Source: Octopus sinensis (lineage: Eukaryota). From it: a stretch of 64,000 nucleotides of DNA. The position numbers and the translations under genes were made by a program. Shown here in pieces: positions 49,813 through 61,036 of the stretch (its first letter is position 1; the number at the start of each line of letters is the position of its first letter). Under the pieces are notes generated by a model. The model ran no database searches and was not told where the DNA came from. It worked only from the letters and a program-made list of their open reading frames with translations. The stretch is from NCBI RefSeq assembly GCF_006345805.1, contig NC_043001.1, forward strand, positions 48,546,001 through 48,610,000, written 5' to 3'.

Positions 49813-50957
49813 TTAATATATAAATATACATAAAGGTTGTGAGCTTTCAGAATGATTAGCATGCCGGGCAAAATGCTTAGCACCGTTTTGTCTGTCTCCG
49901 TGTTCTGAGTTCAAACTCTGTTGAGGTTGACTTCGCCATTCATCCTTTCAGGATCGATAAAATAAGTACCAGTTGAATATTGGGGTTGATGTAATTGACT
50001 TACTCCTCCCCTGAAATTGCTGGCCTTGTGCCAAAATTTGAAATCAATATATAGTATACATAGAGGTGGTAAGCTTGTAGAATTATTAGCATGCCAGATA
50101 AAATGCTTTTTAGCATTTCGTTAATTTTCTGAGTTCAAATTCTGCCAAGGTCAACTTTGCCTTTCATTCTTTTGGGGGTCAATAAAATCAGTAGCAGCTG
50201 AGCACTAGGACTGATGTAATCAACTTATGCCCTCCCTTGAAATTTCTGGCCTTGTGCCAGAATTGGAAACCTATATATAAATATACATATTGTGACTTGA
50301 CCTACTGGAATTAGTAGTAATGTATTTTGCTACTCTCTAGAAAAAGTGTGCATTGGATAATGTCTTGGGTGCGGTTTAGTTTGGAATTAGACAGGATGGT
50401 CACAGCCGGAACACTTTTGACTACTGGCCTACTTAATCAGTGATGCATACTGCTTACTATCCCTCAGATAAAATGCTTACTAATACTTAAACAAACTTTA
50501 CAAATACTTGGCCTGACAGAGTATGGCAAGTTTTTCATGGTATCCATGCCATTAATTGCCTGCCCAAAACTGCATCTCAAGGCTAGACTCCCTCTTAAGG
50601 ATGAGAAAATATTTAAACTCTGATTACCTGCAGACCCCTTTATATGGTACAAATGTTACACAGTTTAGAGTGACACTGTTTAAGATATGCTCGGGCATGG
50701 CTGTGTGGTAAGAAGCTTGCTTTCCAACCTCATTGTTTTGGGTTCAGTCCCACTGCATGGTACCTTGGACAAGTGCAAACTACTATAACTTTGGGCTGAT
50801 CAAATCCTTGTGAGTGAATCTGGTAGATAGAAATTGAAAGAATCCCGTTGTATGTATATATGTGTGTGTGTGTCTTTGTGTGCCACCACTATTTGACAAC
50901 TGGTGTTGGTGTGTTTACATTCCTATAACTTAGTGAAAGAAATTGTTAGAATAACTA

Positions 50958-51352
50958 GCAGGAGTGGCTGTGAGGTAAGTAGCTTGTTTACCAACCATAT
51001 GGTTCCGGGTTCAGTCCCACTGCGTGGCACCTTGAGCAAGTGTCTTCTACTATAGCCTTGGGCCGACCAAAGCCTTGTGAGTGGATTTGGTAGACGGAAA
51101 CTGAAAGAAGCCTGTCGTATATATGTATATATATATATGCGTGTGTGTGTATGTGTTTGTCCCCCTAGCATTGCTTGACAACTGATGCTGGTGTGTTTAT
51201 GTCCCCGTTACTTAGCGGTTCGGCAAAAGAGACCAATAGAATAAGTACTGGGCTTACAAAGAATAAGTCCCGGGGTCGAGTTGCTCGATTAAAGGCGGTG
51301 CTCCAGCATGGCCGCAGTCAAATGACTGAAACAAGTAAAAGAGTAAAGAGAG
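50958..51352 (+). mobile_element. Full-length SINE family A, young copy
   Basis: Same structure as the 39342 copy. It directly follows an older truncated family-A copy at ~50693-50955. Confidence 0.9.
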
Positions 51353-52782
51353 TTAGCTCAAAAAAAAGAATAGTACTGGCATCAAAAGGTTTGATTTATC
51401 ATCACTTAATGTCCATTGTCCAAGCTGGCATGGGTTAGGCGGTTTGACCAAGACTGGTAAGCTGAGGGGCTGGACCAGACTCCCAATATGATTTGGCATG
51501 GTTTCTATGGCTGGATGCTCTTCTTAATGCTAACCACTCCAAGTGTGTAATTCATTCGACTAAAAGTTCTTCTTGTCCTGCCCCAGCATGACTGCAGTCT
51601 AATGACTGAAACAAGTAAAAGATTTAAGATAAAAGATATCTTAGTGTCAGTGGATATACGCACACAGTTTAGCTGTATTAGAGTATTTCCCACATACGTG
51701 AGATAGTGTTACTTTCAAATATACAAGTATGACGCCTCAAGGAATTTCTATGTGGCCATGTGATTTGCTATGAATAGCAAACAATTTTCCATCAAATCAT
51801 ATCCTGCTTTCATATAAAAAAAAAACATGGCACATTAGATAAACTATGTTTTCTTAAACATTCCTAAAATGACAAGATGACCATAAGTAGAATGCTTTTC
51901 ATGACAAGTTTATAATCTTATCTGACCTGTCTTTAAACAACAACAACAACAAACAACTTTGGGATTTTACCATTGCCAAACACACTCAATGACCTTTCTA
52001 GAGAATTATTCAGGTATATGGAGTTGCACTGTCACTAAACATACAGAATGTTCTACACATGCAAAATATCCTATTCTTGAGAATTATCCACATATCTGAG
52101 CTTACACAGCTTATACAGATGTGTGTGTGTGTCTCATGCTTAAATATCAGTCACATATTTGGGACTATACAGTCGAAGCAAACATAAACGTGTTCATTTC
52201 AGGGTGTTATTCACATCAAATAGAACATACATGTTCTATTTGAGAATATTATGCATATACAGCACAGCTGTTACAAACACATGCTGCTACATATACAAAC
52301 ATCTTTGACAACATCCAAATAAAAGAATAAAAAGCCTCTTGCTAATTAGCAATCATCAGCTCAACATGCTGTGACAATTACCCCCTCTTTCTCTGTTTCT
52401 AATGTTGTCATTTAACTGTTTCTGTTCTGAATTAGCAAATAGTACCACATCTGGTGTATGCACTTCTACTCTTATCATCCTTACTGTATCTGGAGACGCC
52501 TTCCCCAGCATACAGTATAAAATATTAAACATTTTCGCAGACCTTCTGAAATTCACTTATCTACTTGTCATTTTCGTTACAGATATCACTCTAAAGTTAT
52601 TTGAGCTGAATATCAGCTGTAGCAACAATCTTGACAATTTGAGACGTTTTGGATGTTCTCTGACCACTGTAGGTTGACTTTGAACTAAATGCTTTACCTT
52701 TTTGATAGCTGAATTATTTGCTCACAGACAAGTTCCCTATTAACTTTGCACAGTTTTATAGTCAGCTTAAAATTATTAATAA

Positions 52783-52999
52783 CCCTTTTATTACCATATT
52801 TCTGTTCAAACACACTGCCTTTATTTCAGTTAATTTTTAAGATTAAGAATAATTTAGTAAAATAACCTTGATATTATTAAGCTCATGTTTGGAACATTAA
52901 TACAAAATTTTGATGGACAGTTTTAATTTAAATAATTTTAAAACAGGAATTTTGTATCATAGAACTAGGAGTGACATAAGTAGGTTGGTATCAGAAGAG
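52783..52999. mobile_element. TTAA-type MITE, family 2
   Basis: (a)TAA-CCCTTTTATTACC ... GGTATCAGAAGAG-TTAA, short imperfect TIRs. Confidence 0.55.
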
Positions 53000-53151
53000 T
53001 TAAAGCATGCCCACCCCAAATAAGGTGGGCAAAGCAATGCACTGAGATTCCAACATACACAGCCACATGAAACAGATTAGTAGCAATCTTTCTAGACTTA
53101 TAGGGCCCCTGGAGCATCTATCCACTGTGTCCATACTTTAAGATAGCACTG

Positions 53152-53444
53152 TTTGTTCCTTCTCGAGCCATGCCTGGCTCATAAGGTCCGGTTTCCTTGA
53201 CGTATAGGTTCCCCACCTGGACGGGACGCCAGTCCGTCGCAGGTAAGCTGCAAGATGCAGGAGGAAAGAGTGAGAGAAAGTTGTGGTGAAAGAGTCAGCA
53301 GAAGTTTGCCATTACCTTCTGCTGGAGCCGCGTGGAGCTTAGGTGTTTCGCTCATAAACACACACATCGCCCAGTCTGAGATTCAAACCCGCGATCCCTT
53401 GACCGCGAGTCCGCTGCTCTAACCACTAGGCCATGTGCCTACAC
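53152..53444 (-). mobile_element. Full-length tRNA-derived SINE family D (V-domain-like) with TSD
   Basis: Minus-strand head aggcacatggcctagtggttagagcagcggactcgcggtcaagggatcgcgggtttgaatc, with core ctgcgacggactggcgtcccgtccaggtgggg. Flanks AAGATAGCACTG (53140-53151) and AAGATATCACTG (53445-53456) match at 11 of 12. Confidence 0.85.
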
Positions 53445-56047
53445 AAGATATCACTGGCTGAGTGGATTGAGAAAGGTTGGGAATGACAAATTGCCATGGT
53501 TAATAAAATTATTTTTAAACTTTATTCTTGTCCAACATCATGACGAAGAAAGAAAAATTAAATGAATGAATGCAAAACCCTATTCTGTCTTCTCAATAAT
53601 AAAGAGAGAAGGAGAAGGCAAAAATTGTTCACTAATATTTTTGAGGGTTCTTGGTATTTGTCAGTTTAAGGAATATTGTTTTAGCTTGCAAGTGGCAACG
53701 GTTTATATTCTTCCATTACTACATTATTATATCGCAGAAAAAAAAAAGAAAAAAAAGACTTGCCTTTTATTTCTGACCAGGTTATTGATATGTGGTTACT
53801 ATGAAATATTCATATTACACTTTCAAGTATAGCCTGTGTAAAGTTTGTGTAAGTTATTAATAGTGTGTTGTTCAGGAGTTAATATGCTCTTTGTAGTGTA
53901 GCATAGCTACTTCCTTTATATATGTTGATCACTCTGTGCTATTGGTGAAGATTGGATGGTCATGTCTACATTGAGGTGTGTGTGTGTTTCAAGATTTCTG
54001 TTCAATGAATAGGAACAAGTCATCATTTTAAACATAATTGCATGCATAAAATGGTTGAATGGATATAGCATTATTGGACTCTCTTTTTGCCTAGAAATTA
54101 CGAGTTCAAATTTTGTCCTATGTTTTTCTCCAAATACAATGAATCCTGCACTACATAATACAGTTTATTATTTAAGACAGCCGAATGTGATGTGAGAAAG
54201 ATTTGGCTATTTCTAACCAGCTTAGCAACCAAATAGAGACTTCTTTGTTGACCATTCTTAGTTTTTAACATTAGCACAAGGCAGGCTACAAATTATTTCA
54301 AAAGAGTTCAGGTGTATCTTATTTACTGGTCAGTTACTTTCCTTTATCTCTAAAAAATAAAAGAGAAAGTCACAAACTGTACAAGATCTGAACATGGAAT
54401 GTAAAATAAAAGAATTACCTAAAAATGGTAATGTGCTGTACTTGGAGAGCAGGAGGCCTCTGCATGTTTATTCTACCTGCCACAAGCAGTTGCCAAATCT
54501 CCCTAAAATCACACCCTACTGACTTAAAAAAGAATCCATTGTATAATGTGGTCCTTGCTGCACTGAACTTGGGGTGCAAAAGAGCTGAGTAAATAAGTAA
54601 CAGTCAAAATGTTGGAGTCTACATCCTTCCTTCAAAATGTGTGACATTGTACTAACATCAGCGACTTTTATTATTACTAATAAAAATTATTACTAAAGGT
54701 AAAGTGGCAAGCTGGTAGAATTGTTAATACATCACTAGATGCTTGGCTGCATTTCTTTCAGCTCTTTACATTCTGTGTTCAAATTCCATTGAGTTTGATT
54801 TTGCCTTTCATCTTTTCAGAATTGATGAAATAAGTATCATTTGAGCACTGTGGGGACCAGTGTAATTGACTAACTCTGTCTCCCTTGGATTTGCTGAAAT
54901 TCGAAGCTATCATTATCAAGGGTGGTACTTAGCAGAATCAAGAGAGCAAGGGGTGAAGGTCTCGTTGTACTTAGCTGTTTCTTTACATTTTGAAGTAACA
55001 GCAAGCTTAGTGCTCTATTAACAATTTTACTGTGACTTATTATCAAAAATGTCTATGTTTAGACTATTATTAACACATGACAAAGAAAGGTCTATTATTA
55101 GAAGTAAGTAATATGATATAATTAAAAAATAAATAGCTGTTATAATGACTTATCATATTCATTAGCAAGTTCATGAAGGCTAATTATTAGTACGATACTA
55201 ATGAATTAGTAGTAGTAAGTCACTGAAACTAGTTTACCAGTAAATTTCTAATAACAGTCTATCATGAATTTGCTAATAACACTTCACTAGTAAGTTTTTA
55301 ATAACAGTTCACTGTTAACTTACTAATGGTAGTTCACTTGTAATTTGCTAATATTTTGTTCACTGTTATAGTTCACTAGTAATTTGCTGGTGATAGTTTC
55401 ACTATAATATGACAGAGGTATATTTTTGTGATTAAGGAGTTCACTTTGTAACTACATGTTATCAGGTTTGGTACTGCGGCATTACCAGTTTGGGATAAAA
55501 TCTACAAGCATGGTAGATCTGTCAGCCAGGCCTGTCTGTTGATGTGCAAAGGGCAATGCAACCATTCTGCATTCCCTTGTTCAATGTTCATGCATTGCTA
55601 ACTTTTATGACTTGTGAAAAACATTTAGTGTGACCTATTGCTTTGAGTATTTAAGCTTACAACAATAGTTCACTGTCAAAAATGTGCATGGTAATGCTTT
55701 TTTTTAATGTTCCTGTTAACTATTGCTAGAAACATTGTGACCTATCAAAGGCAATATAGGAAAGGGAATTCTAGAGACAAGTGGTTGATGGTGTTTGTTT
55801 GCAGACAACATGATTTTTATCATCATCATCATCAAGGCAGCAAGCTGGCATAATCGTTAGCATGCTAGGTAGACTGCTTAGTGGCATTTCGTTCGTCTGC
55901 ATGTTCTGAGTTCTAATTCTGCCAAGGTCGACTTTGCCTTTCATCTGTTCAGGGTTGATAAATTAAGCACCAGTAAAACACTGGGGTCGATGTAATTGAC
56001 TTGCTCCCTCTCCACAAATTTGAGTCCTTGTGCCCCCAGTAGAAAGG

Positions 56048-56080
<33 letters not shown>

Positions 56081-56501
56081 GAGGTGAGAAGCTGGCTGAA
56101 TCATTAACACACTGGGCAAAATGATTTGCAGTATTTCATCTGTTTTTAAGTTCAAATTCTGCTGAGATTGCCTTTGCCTTTCATCCTTGTGCCTTTAGTA
56201 GAAAGGATGATTATTATTATTAAGGTGGTGCAGTGGCAGAATCATTAGTATACTGGATGAAATACTTAGTGGCATTTCTTCTGTCTTCATGTTCTAAGTT
56301 CAACTTCTGTCAGGGATGACTTTGTCTTTCATCCCTTTGAGGGTCAATAAAAACAAGTACCAGTTTGAGTACTGGGGTCAATGTAATCGACTTACCTCTT
56401 ACTCCAATATTGCTGACCTCGTTCCAAAATTTGAAATCATCATTCATCATCATTTCTTATAGCATGTTACTGGCAAACTATTGCCAATGATTTTAGATTA
56501 A

Positions 56502-56921
56502 ATTATTATTATTATTCTATGTTTGACTTTTGCTTTATATTTGTACAAGTTGGCTCCAAGTCTCACCCAGAGACCTCAAGAGACAACAGGTTGGAAGTTC
56601 ATGTTGTTGTGATGCCTACTGTGCCATATATTTGGGGGTTTTTTTGGTGTTGTACTAATGAATGTCTAAAAAAAAAATTTTTTTTTTAAACCGAAAATTA
56701 TGTTTGTTTTAAACCTTGAGATTACATAGAAAGTATTTTGCGTAGGATATGAGCAGTTCCCATGAGCACTATCTTTTGAATTTCTGCCATTTTTGGGTTT
56801 CCTGGTATCTGAGTTAGGTAGCTATCAGCCCCTTTTGTTATCATTCCCAGGGCACCTATGACAACAGGTATTGTTTTAGTCTTCAGGTTCCACATTTTGC
56901 TGATTTCTATTTATTATTATT
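56502..56921 (-). mobile_element. 3' end of an R4/Dong-like (REL-endonuclease) non-LTR retrotransposon in a (TAA)n tract
   Basis: 56910->56722 is an uninterrupted frame IEISKMWNLKTKTIPVVIGALGMITKGADSYLTQIPGNPKMAEIQKIVLMGTAHILRKILSM*. It is followed by a 3' UTR, with (TAA)n on both sides. Confidence 0.8.
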
Positions 56922-57329
56922 TGCAAGTTCCTGCTGAGCTAGCTAACTTCAAAGTAAATTATCATTAGCTTCTTCACAACAATTTCATGGTTAATATTAT
57001 TACATTTACAGACACTGAAATATTATTAGCAAATATGTAGTGCTCTGTTTTTCAAAATGCTCACTGCAACCTAGTTATAACTATCATAATGACCCTTTTG
57101 TTATCAATGTCCATAGTGACATTTTTAACAATGTTTGTAGATATCTATTGTTGGAAAGGTTAATGGTAAATTATTACGGAAAGCATTCAGTGTGACCTAT
57201 TGCTTGGAGTATTTCTGCTTACAACAATAGTTCACCAATAGAAATAGGCATAGTGCTTTTTTTTTAAATGTTTCTATTAGCTATTACTAGAAATATTTAT
57301 GATGTCCTATTTTTAAACATATTCAGTGA

Positions 57330-58270
57330 TCCATTGTTTGAAGTGACCTATTGTTAAAAAAACGTTCATGGTGACCTGTTGTTGAGGTGTTCACTGTGAC
57401 CTATTGTTTAAAGTGACTTGTTATTAAAAACATTCTGTGTGACCTATTTTTAGAAATGTTTGTGGTGACTTATTGTTAGAAATGTCAACAATGGCCTATT
57501 GTTAAAGACCTTCATGGTGACTGACCTATTGTTAAAAGCCTTAGCAGTGGCCTATTGTTAAACATCTTCATGGTGACTGACCTATTGTTAGAAGCCTTGG
57601 CAGTGGCCTATTGTTGGAAGTGTTCACAGTGACCTATTATTAAACATCTTCATGGGGACTGACCTATTGTTAGAAGCTTTCACAGTGGCCTATTTGAAGT
57701 GTTGACTGACTTATTGTTAAAGACCTTGGTGACTGACCTATTGTTAGAAGCCTTGGCAGTGGCCTATTGTTGGAAGTGTTCAGTGACCTATTATTAAGCA
57801 TCTTCATGGGAACTGACCTATTGTTAGAAGCTTTCACAGTGGCCTATTGGAAGTGTTGGCTGACTTATTGTTAAAGACCTTGGTGACTGATCTATTGTTA
57901 GAAGCCTTGGCAGTGGCCTATTGTTGGAAATGTTCACAGTGACCTATTATTAAACATCTTCATGGGGACTGACCTATTGTTAGAAGCTTTCACAGTGGCC
58001 TATTGGAAGTGTTGGCTGACTTATTGTAAAAAACCTTGGTGACTGACCTATTGATAGAAGCCCCCATAGTGGCCTATTTTGGAAGTGTTAACAACAGCCA
58101 CCTATTAACAACAATCATGCCGATCTATTGTTAGATGCATTCACTGTGACCTGTTAAAAATATTCATGTGACAAACTTGTTATTAGAAGCCATCACACTG
58201 ACTTTTGTAAAAAAAACATTAATGGTGGACTCTTTGTTAGGAATGTACCCAGTGACCTGTTGTTAACAAT
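57330..58270. repeat. ~26-bp minisatellite (GTGACCTATTGTTAGAAG..TTCACA-like) with 6-mer higher-order repeat
   Basis: Higher-order units start at 57572, 57728, 57882 and 58038 (periods 156, 154, 156). Degenerate monomers extend on both sides. Confidence 0.9.
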
Positions 58271-58507
58271 GTAGATAGTGCCTATTGTTATAAGCATTCT
58301 TAAGCCATTGTTAGAAAAGCAAATGCTTAGATGTATAATGTGGGAAGCATGATAACTTCGATTAATCAATACTGCCCTATATTGAAGTGGGGTAAACAAT
58401 GTTCAAAAACATTGCGGAATCAAAGGCATGGGCGACAACTCAAAAATACCAGCGATGAGAAATATTGTCAGAAACTCAGATAGTAACAAGGCTCTGGTAC
58501 TTCCAGT

Positions 58508-58598
58508 GATCACAGTGACCTGCAACTTAGAATTGTCACCGTGACCCGGTACTCTGAATGGTCACTGTGACCTGGTACTTCATACGGTCACAGTGACC
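58508..58598. promoter_or_regulatory. Cluster of four IR3 (ERE-type GGTCAnnnTGACC) palindromes at 26-bp spacing
   Basis: GaTCAcagTGACC at 58508, tGTCAccgTGACC at 58534, GGTCActgTGACC at 58560 and GGTCAcagTGACC at 58586. The motifs are directly visible; function is untested. Confidence 0.4.
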
Positions 58599-59764
58599 TG
58601 TTGTTGTGAATGTTTTAAGATAAACTAGTTCATTATTAATATACAACTGTGCTCATCCATATCTCTGTATGACACACGAAACCATAAAATGACGTATAAT
58701 GCCTCAAATCTATTGCATCACTTGCTTTATTTCAAGGTCCACAATACGATATTTGTGGTTGATTTTCTTTTTTGTTTTTATTAATAAATGTTCTCTGTAT
58801 TTCCAATAAATCGTTTTGTTATTCCACACTCCACACTGCTGCTGCTGCCAGCACCAACATCACCACCACCACCACAACTATCACCACCACCATCTTTAAG
58901 TGAAAATATAGCTATTTCACATTTCTAGAACTGCTGGAATATTGATGGATAATTACATTATTTTTAGCATTTATTTAACTCTGTTTTAAGTATAATTTTT
59001 TTTTTAACCCTTGGTCAGCTCTGTGTCAACAGCTGTTCTAGCCTTAGCCTTCTTGTCTTTAAAGACATGATTACCATAGTGATTTAATCTGTGATAAAAA
59101 GAACTTGTTTCAGATTTTTACATCATTCTATATCTTCAACTTTATCTCCCTCCCTATTTCAGTTTTTTTACTATCTGTTTCCCTCGTTTCTCTCCTTCCT
59201 TAACCTTAGCTATCTGTCTGTCTGTGTTTGATCTATTCTACTTTTATTTTTAGTATGATCTGCTCATTTTTATTTGATCAAAATGTCGCTTCAATTTTTT
59301 TTTTTTTCGTTTGATGATCAGTGGGGGAACACAGTGCATAATACTCTGCACAGGGCCTTCAAAATTAGTGAAGAAGGGAATGAGAGAGAGAGAACTATCC
59401 TTAAATTAAAGACCTTACCTGAATACTGGCAGTAATGGTAGGCTCAGGTAAAGGCATTGAAACACAACATAGTGATATTAACCATTCAAACAGATTAAGT
59501 TTCCTGCCCAAGTAGGATACTCTAGGATTTGAACTTGGACTACAAGAAGCCAGAATAAATACTGATAGGTGTCTGATGTTCTAAGTTCTGTTAATCCACT
59601 CTCCTAAGCTGGAACTTTAATTTGTTTATCAACCCAAAAGAATGAAAGGCAAAATTGACTTTGTATCTCTTCCTCTTCAAGATTCATGATATAATATTTG
59701 AATAAAATTGGATGCCCATCACTGTTAGGCACCTACAAGATTATCCACCTTTCCAACAACCTTA

Positions 59765-60293
59765 GGTACCATTTTTGTTTAACACTCATGGACATGCTTA
59801 CAAGATCGAAAACAACACAGCACCCATGACTTATGGAAACATTTTTTTCACGCACCAGATTGCTGAAGCATTGAATGAACTGCCCCCATCAGTTCTTAGC
59901 TGTTGGGATACTTCATCCTCCAAAACTTCCATGCTTCCTGAAATTGGCCAGCAGTACACCTGATGCCCCCCACCATCGCTTTTTTAAACAACTCATTCAC
60001 TGTTCACTTCCTGTGCATTATTCTATGTACTGTCTTGCACTTTTGGTTACTTTTTCTGATGAGTTGTTGTTGTTGTTAAGCAACAAGACGAGTAAGGGTG
60101 ATTAGGTGATGGTCTAGGGCTTAGGGGCGGGAGACCCCAGACCTTGGAAAAAAAAAAAACTTTGGTCATCTTGTTGTAGTCGAGGGCTCTTCGTTGACGC
60201 CCGACATCACTGGGAGGTGGCCCTCGAAGTCACTGAACGGCTGATGAGTTGTAGTGCACTTGAGCACTGTATACAATAAATTCATTATTATTG
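59765..60293 (+). mobile_element. 3' end of a CR1-like LINE, interrupted by a later insertion
   Basis: NTHGHAYKI..FFTHQIAEALNELPPSVL..SSSKTSM matches the CR1 tRGH..Kl...FFs.Rv...WN.LP..vv...s...FK terminus. The 3' UTR ends aataaattcattattatt. Confidence 0.75.
60068..60240 (-). mobile_element. Short 5'-truncated retroposon with (CAA)n tail and 12-bp TSD
   Basis: CTGATGAGTTGT at 60056-60067 and 60241-60252. The insert is GC- and CpG-rich and begins with (TTG)n, i.e. a (CAA)n tail on the minus strand. Confidence 0.8.
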
Positions 60294-60842
60294 TGTTATT
60301 CAGGTTTTGAAAGACCCTTTTCTCACCATTATAAGGTTAGCCATAGAAGACAGAATTTGAAATTGGAATGCAAAGAGCAAAACAGATATCACAGAGTGTT
60401 TTATCTGATGCTCTAACAATTCAGCCAACCTACTCCCCTAGACTGGTTACTTTGTATATTGATCCTGAAACAATCAAAACATAATGTTGTCCTTAACTGT
60501 ATTTAGAATTCATAATGCAAAGAATTCAAATAAATACTACAGGTATTTTGCCCGATGCTCCAATAACTCTACAAGTTCCTTACTTTCTTTCCTTATCTGT
60601 TTGTTTTCCTTTTATTTCATCCTTTTCAGTCATTCTTCCTGTTTTTTTCTCTGTCTTCATTTGTGTTTTTCTCTTCCATTCTCTATCCACTTCTCTTTTG
60701 CTCTCTTTCTCCTCACACACACACAGTGTTTCTCTTACACTTGTTCTAGCTTTCTCTCATACTTTCGTATTCTCATTCTCTCTTAGGTTTTATTTTTTTC
60801 CTTTCACTGTTCTATGTCTCTAAATCCATAGACATTTAATGC

Positions 60843-61036
60843 TTTATTGATTTTCAGTAATTTTTATTCTCTATACACAGACCATACCTGTCAGAAATAT
60901 TGTGCCACAGAATCAATAGATAGAAAAAGCTGATCTCTCTTTCTTATTTTGGTTCTGAGGTGACAAAAATGTTTTTTCTAACTCTTTGTTAGTCGAGTTG
61001 ATTTCTTGGCTGAACTTAGCTTTCTGATTATTAAAT
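60843..61036 (-). other. Candidate terminal exon of a minus-strand host gene
   Basis: A long U-rich tract and ctctcatCAG| acceptor before 61036. Phase-2 frame FNNQKAKFSQEINSTNKELEKTFLSPQNQNKKERSAFSIY* (stop 60913-60915). Two AATAAA on the minus strand at 60863-60868 and 60843-60848. Confidence 0.4.

Noticed and set aside
57330-58600. Regularly spaced repeats with a palindromic core, as a possible CRISPR array or coding repeat
   Set aside because: Head-to-tail monomers with no unique 25-45-bp spacers, no cas genes, a eukaryotic context, and no long ORF through the array.
60241-60280. CTGATGAG followed by a small stem, as a second hammerhead
   Set aside because: No GAAA core or NUH site with closing stems. 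The motif is the TSD and CR1 3' UTR.
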